DNA of 43,400 nt from an uncultured Candidatus Saccharibacteria bacterium (lineage in GTDB: Bacteria; Patescibacteriota; WWE3; UBA101185; UBA10185): positions 29,342 through 72,741 of the forward strand of contig CAZWYL010000001.1 in assembly GCA_964638225.1 (NCBI GenBank), written 5' to 3'. This document shows, in pieces, positions 1 to 7,602 of this stretch. The first letter of the stretch is position 1. The number at the start of each line of letters is the position of its first letter. A model generated the notes under the pieces. That model saw only the letters and a program-made list of their open reading frames with translations, searched no databases and had not been told where the DNA came from. Made by a program: the position numbers and the translations under genes.

Positions 1-615
1 TATATCTGCCTCAGCTCTTATTTCTTGAAGCCACTCCTGAAAAAGGGAGCTTATTTCCTGATTAATAAGAATATCAACTGCCTCAGCTCTTTTCTCCTCT
101 TCACTTTCTCCGGGCATTTCATCCCCATAAGTTTCTATAAACTCATCTATTTCTTCTTCCGTAATATCTACCTCGTCTGCAAAGTATTGTTCTATACCTG
201 CTTGAATTTTAATACTGTCTCTAAATTCTTCCTCTGAAACATTCTGCGTCTCTAAATATTCCTCCAGCTCCATTCCTTGTTGAGCCTGTATCTGCGAGGA
301 AATATCGTCTATTTTTGCTTCAATTTGAGAAGGTGCTACAGTTATTCCTTCCTTAGCTAATTCCTGAGAAATCAGCTTCTTAGTAACTAATTCGTTCAAT
401 GCAGTATCTGCAAAATTAGAATATAGAACCTCGTTTAATTCAAAACGAGTTATATATTCATCATTAACCTTAGCTACTATGAAATAATGTTTATTATTAT
501 AAGCAAGAACAGAAAGTCCGCCTAAAATTATTAAAACTACGGCTGCAATTCCTAAAATTTTTATTAATTTCCTGGAAGGTGCCTGGGTTTCCTTTTTATC
601 TTTTTGTTTATTCAT
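1..615 (-). CDS. SurA N-terminal domain / PpiC-type chaperone-like protein, N-terminally membrane-anchored (3' end runs off the window)
   Basis: Hand translation of the reverse strand from ATG at 615-613 gives 205 codons with no stop: MNKQKDKKETQAPSRKLIKILGIAAVVLIILGG...VAKVNDEYITRFELNE...QEWLQEIRAEADI. It has a signal-anchor helix followed by the helical chaperone pattern typical of PrsA/PpiD/SurA N-domains. It is absent from the ORF track because it is truncated. Confidence 0.55.
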   Translation of the reverse strand, partial: MNKQKDKKETQAPSRKLIKILGIAAVVLIILGGLSVLAYNNKHYFIVAKVNDEYITRFELNEVLYSNFADTALNELVTKKLISQELAKEGITVAPSQIEAKIDDISSQIQAQQGMELEEYLETQNVSEEEFRDSIKIQAGIEQYFADEVDITEEEIDEFIETYGDEMPGESEEEKRAEAVDILINQEISSLFQEWLQEIRAEADI

Positions 616-632
616 GGAAAGATTATAACAGA

Positions 633-998
633 TCAAGCATTCACCAACCGTACGGTGAATTTTAATTTCTTTAATTTACCTTCAGAATCCTCGATCTCGG
701 TTATCCCTTCCTCTTTGTATAACTCTACTAATTCCTGGGATAAGACTTCTCTCAAATCCCTGATCTCTGCTCTAAGCTCTTTCATCTGATCATCAATCAC
801 TTTATACTCCGGTGTCTCTAAAATCCCTTTTTTCTTGGCTCTCGCCTCAGACCTCACCGACTTATTTTTCTTCTTCAGCTCTTGATATTCTTCATCTTCC
901 TCAAGTATCACCTTACGATGCTCCTTAAGCCCTCCTAGCTCGGATTTGAGCTCATTTATAATTTTGAACCTTTTTCTTACCATATCCTTTTTCGACAT
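633..998 (-). CDS. Hypothetical coiled-coil, K/E-rich small protein
   Basis: 121-aa ORF with a canonical AAGGAG Shine-Dalgarno sequence 5 nt upstream of the ATG (reverse complement of 1004-1009). No recognisable catalytic motif. Confidence 0.5.
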   Translation of the reverse strand: MSKKDMVRKRFKIINELKSELGGLKEHRKVILEEDEEYQELKKKNKSVRSEARAKKKGILETPEYKVIDDQMKELRAEIRDLREVLSQELVELYKEEGITEIEDSEGKLKKLKFTVRLVNA

Positions 999-1111
999 AA
1001 AACTCCTTTACTTTTTAAATTTATTACAACCTATGAATTCTATAAACTGAGAGAAATTTTCGCAAATTATTTGAAAGGGTCACTGTCAACACCTCAGCAA
1101 AAGTATAGATA

Positions 1112-1936
1112 CTACATTCTAGAAACAAAATCATACTCATCTTTGAAGTCAGATCCAAAAATTTCAGACAAAGACTTGCTCTCTTTTCTGCCATATATCC
1201 CATTTTTCAAACGAACCAAATTACTAACGAATCCATGAACCTCCAAAACCCTGCAGACATCTTGAGATAAAGATCTTACATACATACCCTTGGAAATCTT
1301 GACTCCAATTCTTGCCACTTTAATTAAATCTCTTCTTGATTGACCGAACAGAAATTCTTGCCACCCGGAAATGACTAGTTCCTGCCGCAAATCCCCAGTA
1401 ACCGATTTAATTTTTCTAACCTGTGAGTGCACTAAATCCCTTAACAACACTTCCTTAATTCCATCTAAATAAATATCATATATTTTCCCTTTCCTCCTTG
1501 GAATTTTTATGCCATCCAATCGCTTTCTCCTTGCATACCAATGCATAGGTTTCCCTTTAACTTTTATTGCGCTGAAAGGCGGAACTTCCTGAGAATAATC
1601 TCCCTTAAAATCAGAAAGAACTTCACTTAACGAAAGCTTGAACTGCTTCAAAGAGAGTTCGGAAGGTAAAAATACAACATCTTTAATTAAACCAAGTCCA
1701 TCATAAGTATCTGTAGAAATACCAAAAGCTATATCAAAGGAATACTCTTTCAACCATTTTGCATATTCCTTCTTCTTTAACCTCTCATCTCCTAACAAAA
1801 TTATTATAACTCCTTTAGCCATTGGATCTAGGGTGCCGGTATGAGAAGTCTTAACTTTATATCTATCCGAAACTTTTTTGGCAATTATATGAGTTGAATA
1901 ACCCACAGGCTGCCAAATAGGTAAAATTCTCTTCAT
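1112..1936 (-). CDS. truB: tRNA pseudouridine(55) synthase TruB
   Basis: TruB catalytic motif HTGTLDPMAKGV and the typical N-terminus MKRILPIWQPVGYSTH. I prefer the ATG at 1936 over the track start at 2035 because a TATAAT box lies 6 nt upstream of it, and the extra 33 residues are GC-rich and not TruB-like. Confidence 0.9.
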   Translation of the reverse strand: MKRILPIWQPVGYSTHIIAKKVSDRYKVKTSHTGTLDPMAKGVIIILLGDERLKKKEYAKWLKEYSFDIAFGISTDTYDGLGLIKDVVFLPSELSLKQFKLSLSEVLSDFKGDYSQEVPPFSAIKVKGKPMHWYARRKRLDGIKIPRRKGKIYDIYLDGIKEVLLRDLVHSQVRKIKSVTGDLRQELVISGWQEFLFGQSRRDLIKVARIGVKISKGMYVRSLSQDVCRVLEVHGFVSNLVRLKNGIYGRKESKSLSEIFGSDFKDEYDFVSRM

Positions 1937-1942
1937 GTGTAA

Positions 1943-1948
1943 ATTATA
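1943..1948 (-). promoter_or_regulatory. -10 box (TATAAT) 6 nt upstream of the truB ATG; implies a leaderless mRNA
   Basis: The reverse complement of 1934-1948 reads TATAAT-ttacac-ATG. Confidence 0.4.
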
Positions 1949-1990
1949 GATCAAGTCTAATCCCTCGCAGGCTCCCCGAGCGCCTGCACT

Positions 1991-2019
1991 TTGACAAAGG
2001 TGAAAAGCCTCTGTACGAT
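1991..2019 (+). promoter_or_regulatory. Sigma70-type promoter for the methyltransferase gene
   Basis: -35 TTGACA (1991-1996), 17-nt spacer, -10 TACGAT (2014-2019). The ATG lies 18 nt downstream. Confidence 0.4.
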
Positions 2020-2037
2020 CGTGACTAGCAATCAATT

Positions 2038-2679
2038 ATGAAAATAGTAGTCGGAAATAAGCTAAAAGAAATATCCGAAAAGGAATTTCAACAAATAAAA
2101 GATAAATTTGAAGAAGCGGAAATTGATTTAGGTACGGGAAACGGAAGATATGTATATAAGAACGCTCTAAGAAGTCCCGAAACGCTCTACATTGGAATTG
2201 ATCCGGTTGAAAAACTGCTGAGAAGATATTCTAAGAAAGCAGTCAGAAAAGGATTGAAAAACGCATTATTTGTTCTGACCAGTGCTGAGATGCTTTCAGA
2301 GGAACTTAAAAACTCTGCTGACACTCTGAACATAATTTTACCTTGGGGAAGTCTGTTGGGATACGTGGCAAATTTTGAACAAAAAGTTATTCTGAATATA
2401 AAAGAATTAATTAAAACAAGGGGAGAATTAAAAATAATCTTTGGTTACGATAGAAAAGCCGAGCCCTCAGAAACAGATAGGTTAAATCTGGAAAAATTAA
2501 ATAAGAAATATATTCATGAAGAACTCATCCCTAAGTATGAAAATATTGGTTTTGAACTTCTGGAAAGCAAAAAGTTAGAAAAAGAAGATTTGGGTAGCTT
2601 TGAAACCAGTTGGAGTAAAAAACTTCAGTTCGGCAAACCAAGAAAGATATTTTCCCTTGAATTCAAGAAGATAAACTAA
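2038..2679 (+). CDS. 16S rRNA (adenine1408-N1)-methyltransferase, NpmA/KamB family (aminoglycoside-resistance type)
   Basis: The protein appears collinear over its whole length with the NpmA sequence as I recall it. Shared blocks are IDLGTGNGR (NpmA IDLGTGDGR), LYIGIDPVE (FYIGIDPVK), NALFVLTSAEMLSEELKNSADTLNIILPWGSLLGY (NVVFVIAAAESLPFELKNIADSISILFPWGTLLEY) and SWSKKLQFGKPRKIF (SLWAKRLAFGRKRSFF). Size is also similar (213 aa). Confidence 0.75.
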   Translation: MKIVVGNKLKEISEKEFQQIKDKFEEAEIDLGTGNGRYVYKNALRSPETLYIGIDPVEKLLRRYSKKAVRKGLKNALFVLTSAEMLSEELKNSADTLNIILPWGSLLGYVANFEQKVILNIKELIKTRGELKIIFGYDRKAEPSETDRLNLEKLNKKYIHEELIPKYENIGFELLESKKLEKEDLGSFETSWSKKLQFGKPRKIFSLEFKKIN

Positions 2680-2733
2680 TTATTCAAGACTCTATACACA
2701 TCAACAACTAAAATTTCTTCTAACTTTACATTT

Positions 2734-2751
2734 CTTGTGACAATTCACAAG
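2734..2751. promoter_or_regulatory. Perfect inverted repeat CTTGTGA-N4-TCACAAG (candidate operator/activator site)
   Basis: 7-nt perfect arms, ending 5 nt upstream of the -35 TTGACA of the 2793 gene. Confidence 0.3.
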
Positions 2752-2756
2752 TAAAA

Positions 2757-2786
2757 TTGACAAAATGTTTATGCAGTGGATACACT
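2757..2786 (+). promoter_or_regulatory. Sigma70-type promoter; leaderless arrangement for the 2793 gene
   Basis: -35 TTGACA (2757-2762), 18-nt spacer, -10 TACACT (2781-2786), then 6 nt to the ATG at 2793. Confidence 0.45.
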
Positions 2787-2792
2787 TAGTTT

Positions 2793-4136
2793 ATGGAAAA
2801 AAACAAATTAATCTCACTCAAAAAGGCAATAAAAAGCGCTTTTAAAAATTTATTTGAGAATACTTCTCTAGGTTTTACATACAAAGCAGTATTAAGCTTC
2901 TCTTTAATATCCGGAGCTCTTGGACTTATTCTTGTTGTACTAAACATGATAATTTTCTATAGCACTTATGGGGAATTCTACAACAACAATCCCTCTAAAA
3001 ACAAAGATATTATCATAGAGAATCAAGTTCCATCGAACCCATCTACACCTCCAGTTTTCGAAGACTTCCCTCCACCACAAGATCCCTTAACACCGCCAGT
3101 GCAAATTAATACTACTGCTATGACTATATTCAGTTTAGTTGGGGGTTTAATGTCAGTGGCAATAGGCATTATATTCACAACCTTCTCAAGTCTTATTCCC
3201 TTAAAAGTTCATTCAAAAAAACTACCTGCAATTAAAGATTTGCTTTTAGAAAGTATAAGAAAAGCACCTAAATTTATACTCTTATCTTTGATAGTGTCAG
3301 TAACGGCTTCAATTGGTTACATTTTACTAATAATTCCGGGAATAATTATTTCTATCTGGTTTTTATTTTCCCCATACATCTTACTTAAAGAAGATACTGG
3401 AATAATAGGGGCTATGAAAAGAAGTAAAGAGTTAACAAAAGGTTACAGGTGGGGCCTTTTCTTTAGAGGTTTGCTCTTTATACTATTAGCTTTAATATTA
3501 GCTATCCCTCTGTTAATAGTTACGTATATTAGTCTAGGAATGATGTTACCAATTTTAATGGTCTTTACACCCTTGGTTCTTCTAAAATTCTATGAAGATC
3601 TAAAATCTAAAAAGTACGGAAATGAGATACAAGAGAAATCAACTTCACCATCTCCGGAAAGTGAGAATGAAAAGGGAAAATTAGAACCAGAAAAAGAAGA
3701 AAGCCCGAGCCAAACTAACCCAAGGGGGTCGGGAGGCATAAAGAAAAGCCTTATGGGTAATTTGCAAAGCACTCTAAAAGGAAAAACCACGGGAAAAAAT
3801 GCAGGGAAAGCGGAAGAGCGTAAACCTAGAGTTGAAGAACCAATAATTAACACGAATCCTTTCGAGGGGGAAGGTGATGTAGAGAAAGGTGAAAAAGTAC
3901 TGAATCTTGCTCAAAAACAAGATGAAGAAAGAGCAGAAGACTCTCAGGAAAATTATGAAGAACGCCCTGCAGAAAAAAGTGTAGAGGAAGAAACTAACGA
4001 ACAGGAACCTAAAAAAGGGCCAAAAATCAATATCCCTGATCAATTCCCTGAAGACATGGAAACTAGCCCTAGAACGGGAGAACAAACTCAACAACAAGAG
4101 GAACCTAATCAAGAAACTGAACCAAATAACGAATAA
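2793..4136 (+). CDS. Polytopic membrane protein (YciC/DUF975-like core) with a C-terminal E/K/P/Q-rich disordered tail of about 170 aa
   Basis: 447-aa ORF with several hydrophobic helices (e.g. IPGIIISIWFLFSPYILL, LLFILLALILAIPLLIV) followed by low-complexity sequence. The antisense ORFs at 3590-4112 are shadows of this tail. Confidence 0.7.
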   Translation: MEKNKLISLKKAIKSAFKNLFENTSLGFTYKAVLSFSLISGALGLILVVLNMIIFYSTYGEFYNNNPSKNKDIIIENQVPSNPSTPPVFEDFPPPQDPLTPPVQINTTAMTIFSLVGGLMSVAIGIIFTTFSSLIPLKVHSKKLPAIKDLLLESIRKAPKFILLSLIVSVTASIGYILLIIPGIIISIWFLFSPYILLKEDTGIIGAMKRSKELTKGYRWGLFFRGLLFILLALILAIPLLIVTYISLGMMLPILMVFTPLVLLKFYEDLKSKKYGNEIQEKSTSPSPESENEKGKLEPEKEESPSQTNPRGSGGIKKSLMGNLQSTLKGKTTGKNAGKAEERKPRVEEPIINTNPFEGEGDVEKGEKVLNLAQKQDEERAEDSQENYEERPAEKSVEEETNEQEPKKGPKINIPDQFPEDMETSPRTGEQTQQQEEPNQETEPNNE

Positions 4137-4178
4137 AATAAGTTTTTCAGATTTCTATAGTATAATTTCAACGTGTTA

Positions 4179-4255
4179 CGGGGTGTAGCTCAGTTGGCTA
4201 GAGTGCACGCATGGGGTGCGTGAGGTCGCTGGTTCAAGTCCAGTCACCCCGACCA
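4179..4255 (+). tRNA. tRNA-Pro (anticodon GGG), CCA encoded
   Basis: A manual cloverleaf fits. Acceptor CGGGGTG/CACCCCG, D arm GCTC/GAGT, anticodon stem CACGC/GCGTG with loop AUGGGGU (GGG, then G37), T arm GCTGG-TTCAAGT-CCAGT, discriminator A, and CCA at 4253-4255. Confidence 0.9.
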
Positions 4256-4301
4256 TTGGAAAAACAAATCCCCAAAAAACCTCTTAATCCTCTGCGCTTC
4301 T

Positions 4302-4310
4302 TGATACAAT
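4302..4310 (+). promoter_or_regulatory. Extended -10 promoter (TGaTACAAT); leaderless arrangement for the CDF gene
   Basis: TGATACAAT followed by 6 nt (aaaaga) and the GTG start at 4317. Confidence 0.45.
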
Positions 4311-4316
4311 AAAAGA

Positions 4317-5243
4317 GTGCAGCCGCCTCAAAAAAAACAAATCACCATTGATAGAGTAGTCATAACCTCATTCATTGTAGATCTCTCAGATGTCATAATC
4401 AGCCTTGCAGGCACATTTCTCACCGGTAGCGTTACTATGCTTTCTCAAACACTAGAAGGTTTTTCTGACCTATTTTCTTCCGGATTTTTGTATTTGGGAA
4501 ACAAACATTCAAAACGTCTTCCTGACAAAAGGCATCCCTATGGATACGGTCGTGAAACTTACTTCTGGGCATTGATGTCCGGTTTAGTAACTTTCAGCAT
4601 TGCAGCAACACTGTCCATTTATTTAGGATATCAAAGATTTATAGAACCCGAAGTAATAGATAGTCTACCTGTGGCACTATTTGCATTGGTTTTCTCATTT
4701 TTTTCTAATGGTTACTCAACTTTTTTAAGCTACAAACGCTTGATGAGAGGTAAAAAAACCGGTCAATTATACAAAACCTTTATAAATTCACCTCTTATTG
4801 AAGTGAAAACTTCATTTATTTTGGACTTGATAGGCACTATAGCCTCAACCTTTAGTTTGACCGCCCTTTTGATATACAAATTTTCCGGAGATTTGAGATT
4901 TGATGGTATTGGAGCCATGGTAACGGGCATCACTCTAGCTTTGCTATCCATTTTTATTTTAGTTGGTGCTAAAGATTTACTTATTGGTAGGTCAGCGCCT
5001 ACTGAAACTTTAGAAAAAATTGAAAAAGCAGTTTTATCATTTGAAAAAGTTAAAACTATTATAGATCTAAGATCCTCGATCCTGGGTTCGAACAAGTTAC
5101 TTATCACTCTTGAGATTAATGTTCAAGACGATTTAACAACTAATGAATTAGAAATACTTATAGATGGAATTGAAGAAAAAATCAAAAAGAATATACATTG
5201 GACGGCTTTAATTCAGGTTGAGTTGGAGGCCTACAAAGTTTAA
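4317..5243 (+). CDS. Cation diffusion facilitator (CDF) family metal efflux transporter
   Basis: Six-TM N-terminal domain with the conserved loop RHPYGYGRETYFWAL, plus a C-terminal cytoplasmic domain of about 80 aa (VKTIIDLRSS...ITLEINV). GTG start. Confidence 0.85.
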   Translation: MQPPQKKQITIDRVVITSFIVDLSDVIISLAGTFLTGSVTMLSQTLEGFSDLFSSGFLYLGNKHSKRLPDKRHPYGYGRETYFWALMSGLVTFSIAATLSIYLGYQRFIEPEVIDSLPVALFALVFSFFSNGYSTFLSYKRLMRGKKTGQLYKTFINSPLIEVKTSFILDLIGTIASTFSLTALLIYKFSGDLRFDGIGAMVTGITLALLSIFILVGAKDLLIGRSAPTETLEKIEKAVLSFEKVKTIIDLRSSILGSNKLLITLEINVQDDLTTNELEILIDGIEEKIKKNIHWTALIQVELEAYKV

Positions 5244-5282
5244 TAAGAAATTAAAAATCCTTCGGGAAATCCATATAATCTG

Positions 5283-5410
5283 GAGGAACAGCTTGTAGGA
5301 CAACATTTCCAAGTAATTCCATAACCGTACTGCTCGACCAGAGAAGAGGGGCCTGCGGAGCGGGCGACGATTCACCAGTCACCCCAACCATTTCAGTGAG
5401 CGGGATCTCC
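5283..5410. ncRNA. Candidate structured small RNA (unclassified); strand unresolved
   Basis: A locally GC-rich island lies in a 181-bp gap between two convergent gene ends in an otherwise AT-rich window. It has no ORF. Possible helices are CUGCUC(5330-5335)/GAGCGG(5359-5364) and UUCAC(5371-5375)/GUGAG(5396-5400), and GAGCGGG occurs at both 5358 and 5398. Confidence 0.3.
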
Positions 5411-5424
5411 TAAAATGCTTAAAT

Positions 5425-6492
5425 TCAGCTCCTATCCTCTACTAACACCAAAGGTAGAAAAGCCATTAACCAAGTATAATACTGACCAAACAAAACAGGA
5501 TTGAACCCTATAAATATTAAATAAGCAAATGCAGAATACTTCCATAATGTGAGCTTCTTTGTAAAGTAGAGCAAAGCAATAATACAAAAAGAAACAAACA
5601 TCGGTAATCTAGGCAGCATATAAAAAAAGTTATTTTGAAATCTATCCTGATTGTATAAAACAAGAACTTTATCAAATCCCGTACTCAGGGTAGTGGTGTT
5701 AGATTCAGGATCACGAGTCAGATTGTACATTATAGAACTAGTGTAATGTTGGGGAGTTTCAATTATATAAGGTATTGAGGGGCCTAAAATCGGAAGAATC
5801 AATAAAAAAGCATATACAAAGAACCTGCCAAGATAACCTAAAAATTTCTTATTTCTCCAATCACTCCGATTTTCCATAATAGGCAAAAATAATTCCAGTA
5901 AGTAAATAGGAAAAAGAAAAATAGTTAAGTGTTTGATTGCCGTTGCTACTCCAAATAACAAAAAAGAAAGCGCCTTATTTTTTTTAAGGAGAAGTAAAGA
6001 AATAAACAAAACAGCAAGCACATAGGTGTCCTGTTTTAAATCAAAAGCATTATTTAAAGTCCACCGATTAAACATAAAAATCACCATTCCAAGAATACCA
6101 AGCAGTTTACTCTGCTTTCTTAAAAGTAAGTAGATCACTATACCCACTAGAGAGTAGGCAGCAAAAACTAGATATCTCAGACTATCCAGGAACAAAACAA
6201 AACTATAATTAGAAATTCTTGCAATTACAGCCATAAGTTGGAAATATAAGGGGAAAAACCCAGGAACCTTCTCTTGATGCAACATTCGTTCCGGATTAAA
6301 CTCTAAATAAGAATTAACCCCATTCAATACATTGACACCTCTTTGAAAACCTCTATGCACATCTCCACTATCAAAACTGTTTAAGCCGTAGGAGTTATTC
6401 AAAAATAGAATATATCCAATAAAAATAATTAAACCTACGCTAAGAATTTCTACTAAAAGTGTGGTATTTTCTTCATTAATCCATTTTTTCAT
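5425..6492 (-). CDS. Polytopic integral membrane protein, GT-C-like (DUF2029/GT87-like) putative glycosyltransferase
   Basis: About 355 aa with around 10 hydrophobic helices and the loop organisation typical of lipid-linked-sugar transferases. The family call is weak. ATG at 6492 (the track start at 6495 is TTG). Confidence 0.55.
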   Translation of the reverse strand: MKKWINEENTTLLVEILSVGLIIFIGYILFLNNSYGLNSFDSGDVHRGFQRGVNVLNGVNSYLEFNPERMLHQEKVPGFFPLYFQLMAVIARISNYSFVLFLDSLRYLVFAAYSLVGIVIYLLLRKQSKLLGILGMVIFMFNRWTLNNAFDLKQDTYVLAVLFISLLLLKKNKALSFLLFGVATAIKHLTIFLFPIYLLELFLPIMENRSDWRNKKFLGYLGRFFVYAFLLILPILGPSIPYIIETPQHYTSSIMYNLTRDPESNTTTLSTGFDKVLVLYNQDRFQNNFFYMLPRLPMFVSFCIIALLYFTKKLTLWKYSAFAYLIFIGFNPVLFGQYYTWLMAFLPLVLVEDRS

Positions 6493-6943
6493 CAATCAAA
6501 TCCTCCATTAAACTTTCAACTTCCAAAATATTATCCTTATTGTAAATCAAAAGATTCTTGTACAAATAAATGTTTCCAGTTAATTCTGAATCCTTGGCAA
6601 GACTCCTCATCCTTTTTAAAGCATCTTCATTGCTGGAATATTCATAAACCTCAACAACATCGCCATTAACTACAATTTTTCTTCCCATCACCCCAAAATC
6701 ATCCGGAGACTTTACATCCACATCTAAATCAGCCGAAATATCATTATCATTGAGAAAGCGTAAAACATAAGTAACACTGGAAAGCTCTTCAGAACTCTTT
6801 GTATTAACATTTAAGGAAAATTTGCTGTCCAATGTTAGGAATTTTTGGTAATTAATAATCCTTTGATTAAAAAACCATAGCAAAGGAAACATCAACAGAA
6901 GAAAAACTATTAATGCTAAATTAAACAGAACTTTACGTGACAT
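6476..6943 (-). CDS. Hypothetical N-terminally anchored exported protein
   Basis: 155-aa ORF with a single N-terminal TM (LFNLALIVFLLLMFPLLWFF). Its 3' end overlaps the downstream membrane-protein gene by 17-20 nt. Confidence 0.55.
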   Translation of the reverse strand: MSRKVLFNLALIVFLLLMFPLLWFFNQRIINYQKFLTLDSKFSLNVNTKSSEELSSVTYVLRFLNDNDISADLDVDVKSPDDFGVMGRKIVVNGDVVEVYEYSSNEDALKRMRSLAKDSELTGNIYLYKNLLIYNKDNILEVESLMEDLIDEKMD

Positions 6944-7042
6944 AATTAATCCATTTTATTACAAAAATACCCACACTTAAATAATCCCAACATTTAGTCT
7001 TCAATTCTTAACCTGATAAAGTTCCTGAAAGTAAAATAAAAT

Positions 7043-7360
7043 TTAAGCCTTTTTTGCTTCCTGCTTAGAATCCTCCATCAAACTGCGAACACTTTGAATT
7101 AAGAAATATCCAGCAAAAGAATAAATAATAAGAGCAAACAAAGCCGAAAATTCAATAACAAAGCCTCCTTCCAACTCAGGTGAGGGAAAAATCCCTGCAA
7201 AAGGATTTAAAAGAGGAGCAGTAGTTATATAAACCCAATTCACAAAAGAGACCGAAGGGGCAGCTCCAAAGAGCTTCAATATTATCCTTAAGGATAAAAG
7301 CATTTCCATAACATTCTTTACTAGCCCAATTGTGAATATAAGTATACGCGGAGTTTCCAT
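7043..7360 (-). CDS. YggT-family small membrane protein (tentative)
   Basis: 105 aa. The pattern LRIILKLF...NWVYITTAPLLNPFAGIFP...GGFVIEFSALFALIIY resembles the YggT/Ycf19 repeat. Confidence 0.5.
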   Translation of the reverse strand: METPRILIFTIGLVKNVMEMLLSLRIILKLFGAAPSVSFVNWVYITTAPLLNPFAGIFPSPELEGGFVIEFSALFALIIYSFAGYFLIQSVRSLMEDSKQEAKKA

Positions 7361-7587
7361 AGGTAAAGGTTAACAAAGATAACAAGAAGAAGCAAACATG
7401 AACAATCCCAGAACAAAACTAATAAACTAAAATGAAAACATTGAAATTAGAATATAAACCAATAATTGAAAAAAGACTGTATTTGAAAATTCAGGAGATA
7501 ATTCCCCAAAAATTGTAAGGTTTCCGAAAATAGAGTACCCAATGAACTGAAGAAGCATTTAGAGGTTTAATTTGTAATCAGACTTGT

Positions 7588-7596
7588 TGATATAAT
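7588..7596 (+). promoter_or_regulatory. Extended -10 promoter (TGaTATAAT); leaderless arrangement for the 7603 gene
   Basis: TGATATAAT followed by 6 nt (tttctt) and the ATG at 7603. Confidence 0.5.
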
Positions 7597-7602
7597 TTTC
7601 TT

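Noticed and set aside
25-237. 70-aa plus-strand ORF at the window start
   Set aside because: The opposite strand carries an uninterrupted 205-codon SurA/PrsA-like reading frame (1-615) with a sensible N-terminal anchor. The plus-strand ORF is its shadow.
633-998. Possible phage Gp157/Gam-like coiled-coil protein, which would hint at a prophage
   Set aside because: The only resemblance is a generic coiled coil plus a short C-terminal beta pattern. No neighbouring phage genes, integrase or att-like repeats are present.
1937-2035. N-terminal 33-aa extension of truB (track start at 2035)
   Set aside because: The extension is GC-rich and not TruB-like. It would also remove the whole divergent promoter region. 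The ATG at 1936 has a TATAAT box at the standard 6-nt distance.
4179-4316. tRNA-Pro as an integration hotspot for a genomic island
   Set aside because: No integrase, no direct repeat of the tRNA 3' end that I could find, and the downstream gene is an ordinary CDF transporter with the same promoter style as the rest of the window.
5283-5410. Identification of the GC-rich island as SRP (4.5S) RNA, tmRNA, 6S RNA or a tRNA
   Set aside because: I could not find the helix-8 signature (AGG...GNRA...AGCA in a hairpin), a tRNA-like acceptor/T-arm or a tag ORF on either strand. It is kept only as an unclassified RNA candidate.
7432-7518. 28-aa mini-ORF (MKTLKLEYKPIIEKRLYLKIQEIIPQKL) in the 242-bp gap before the 7603 gene
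   Set aside because: It has no SD, no -10 at leaderless spacing and an AT-rich context in which such ORFs arise by chance. There is nothing to support translation.
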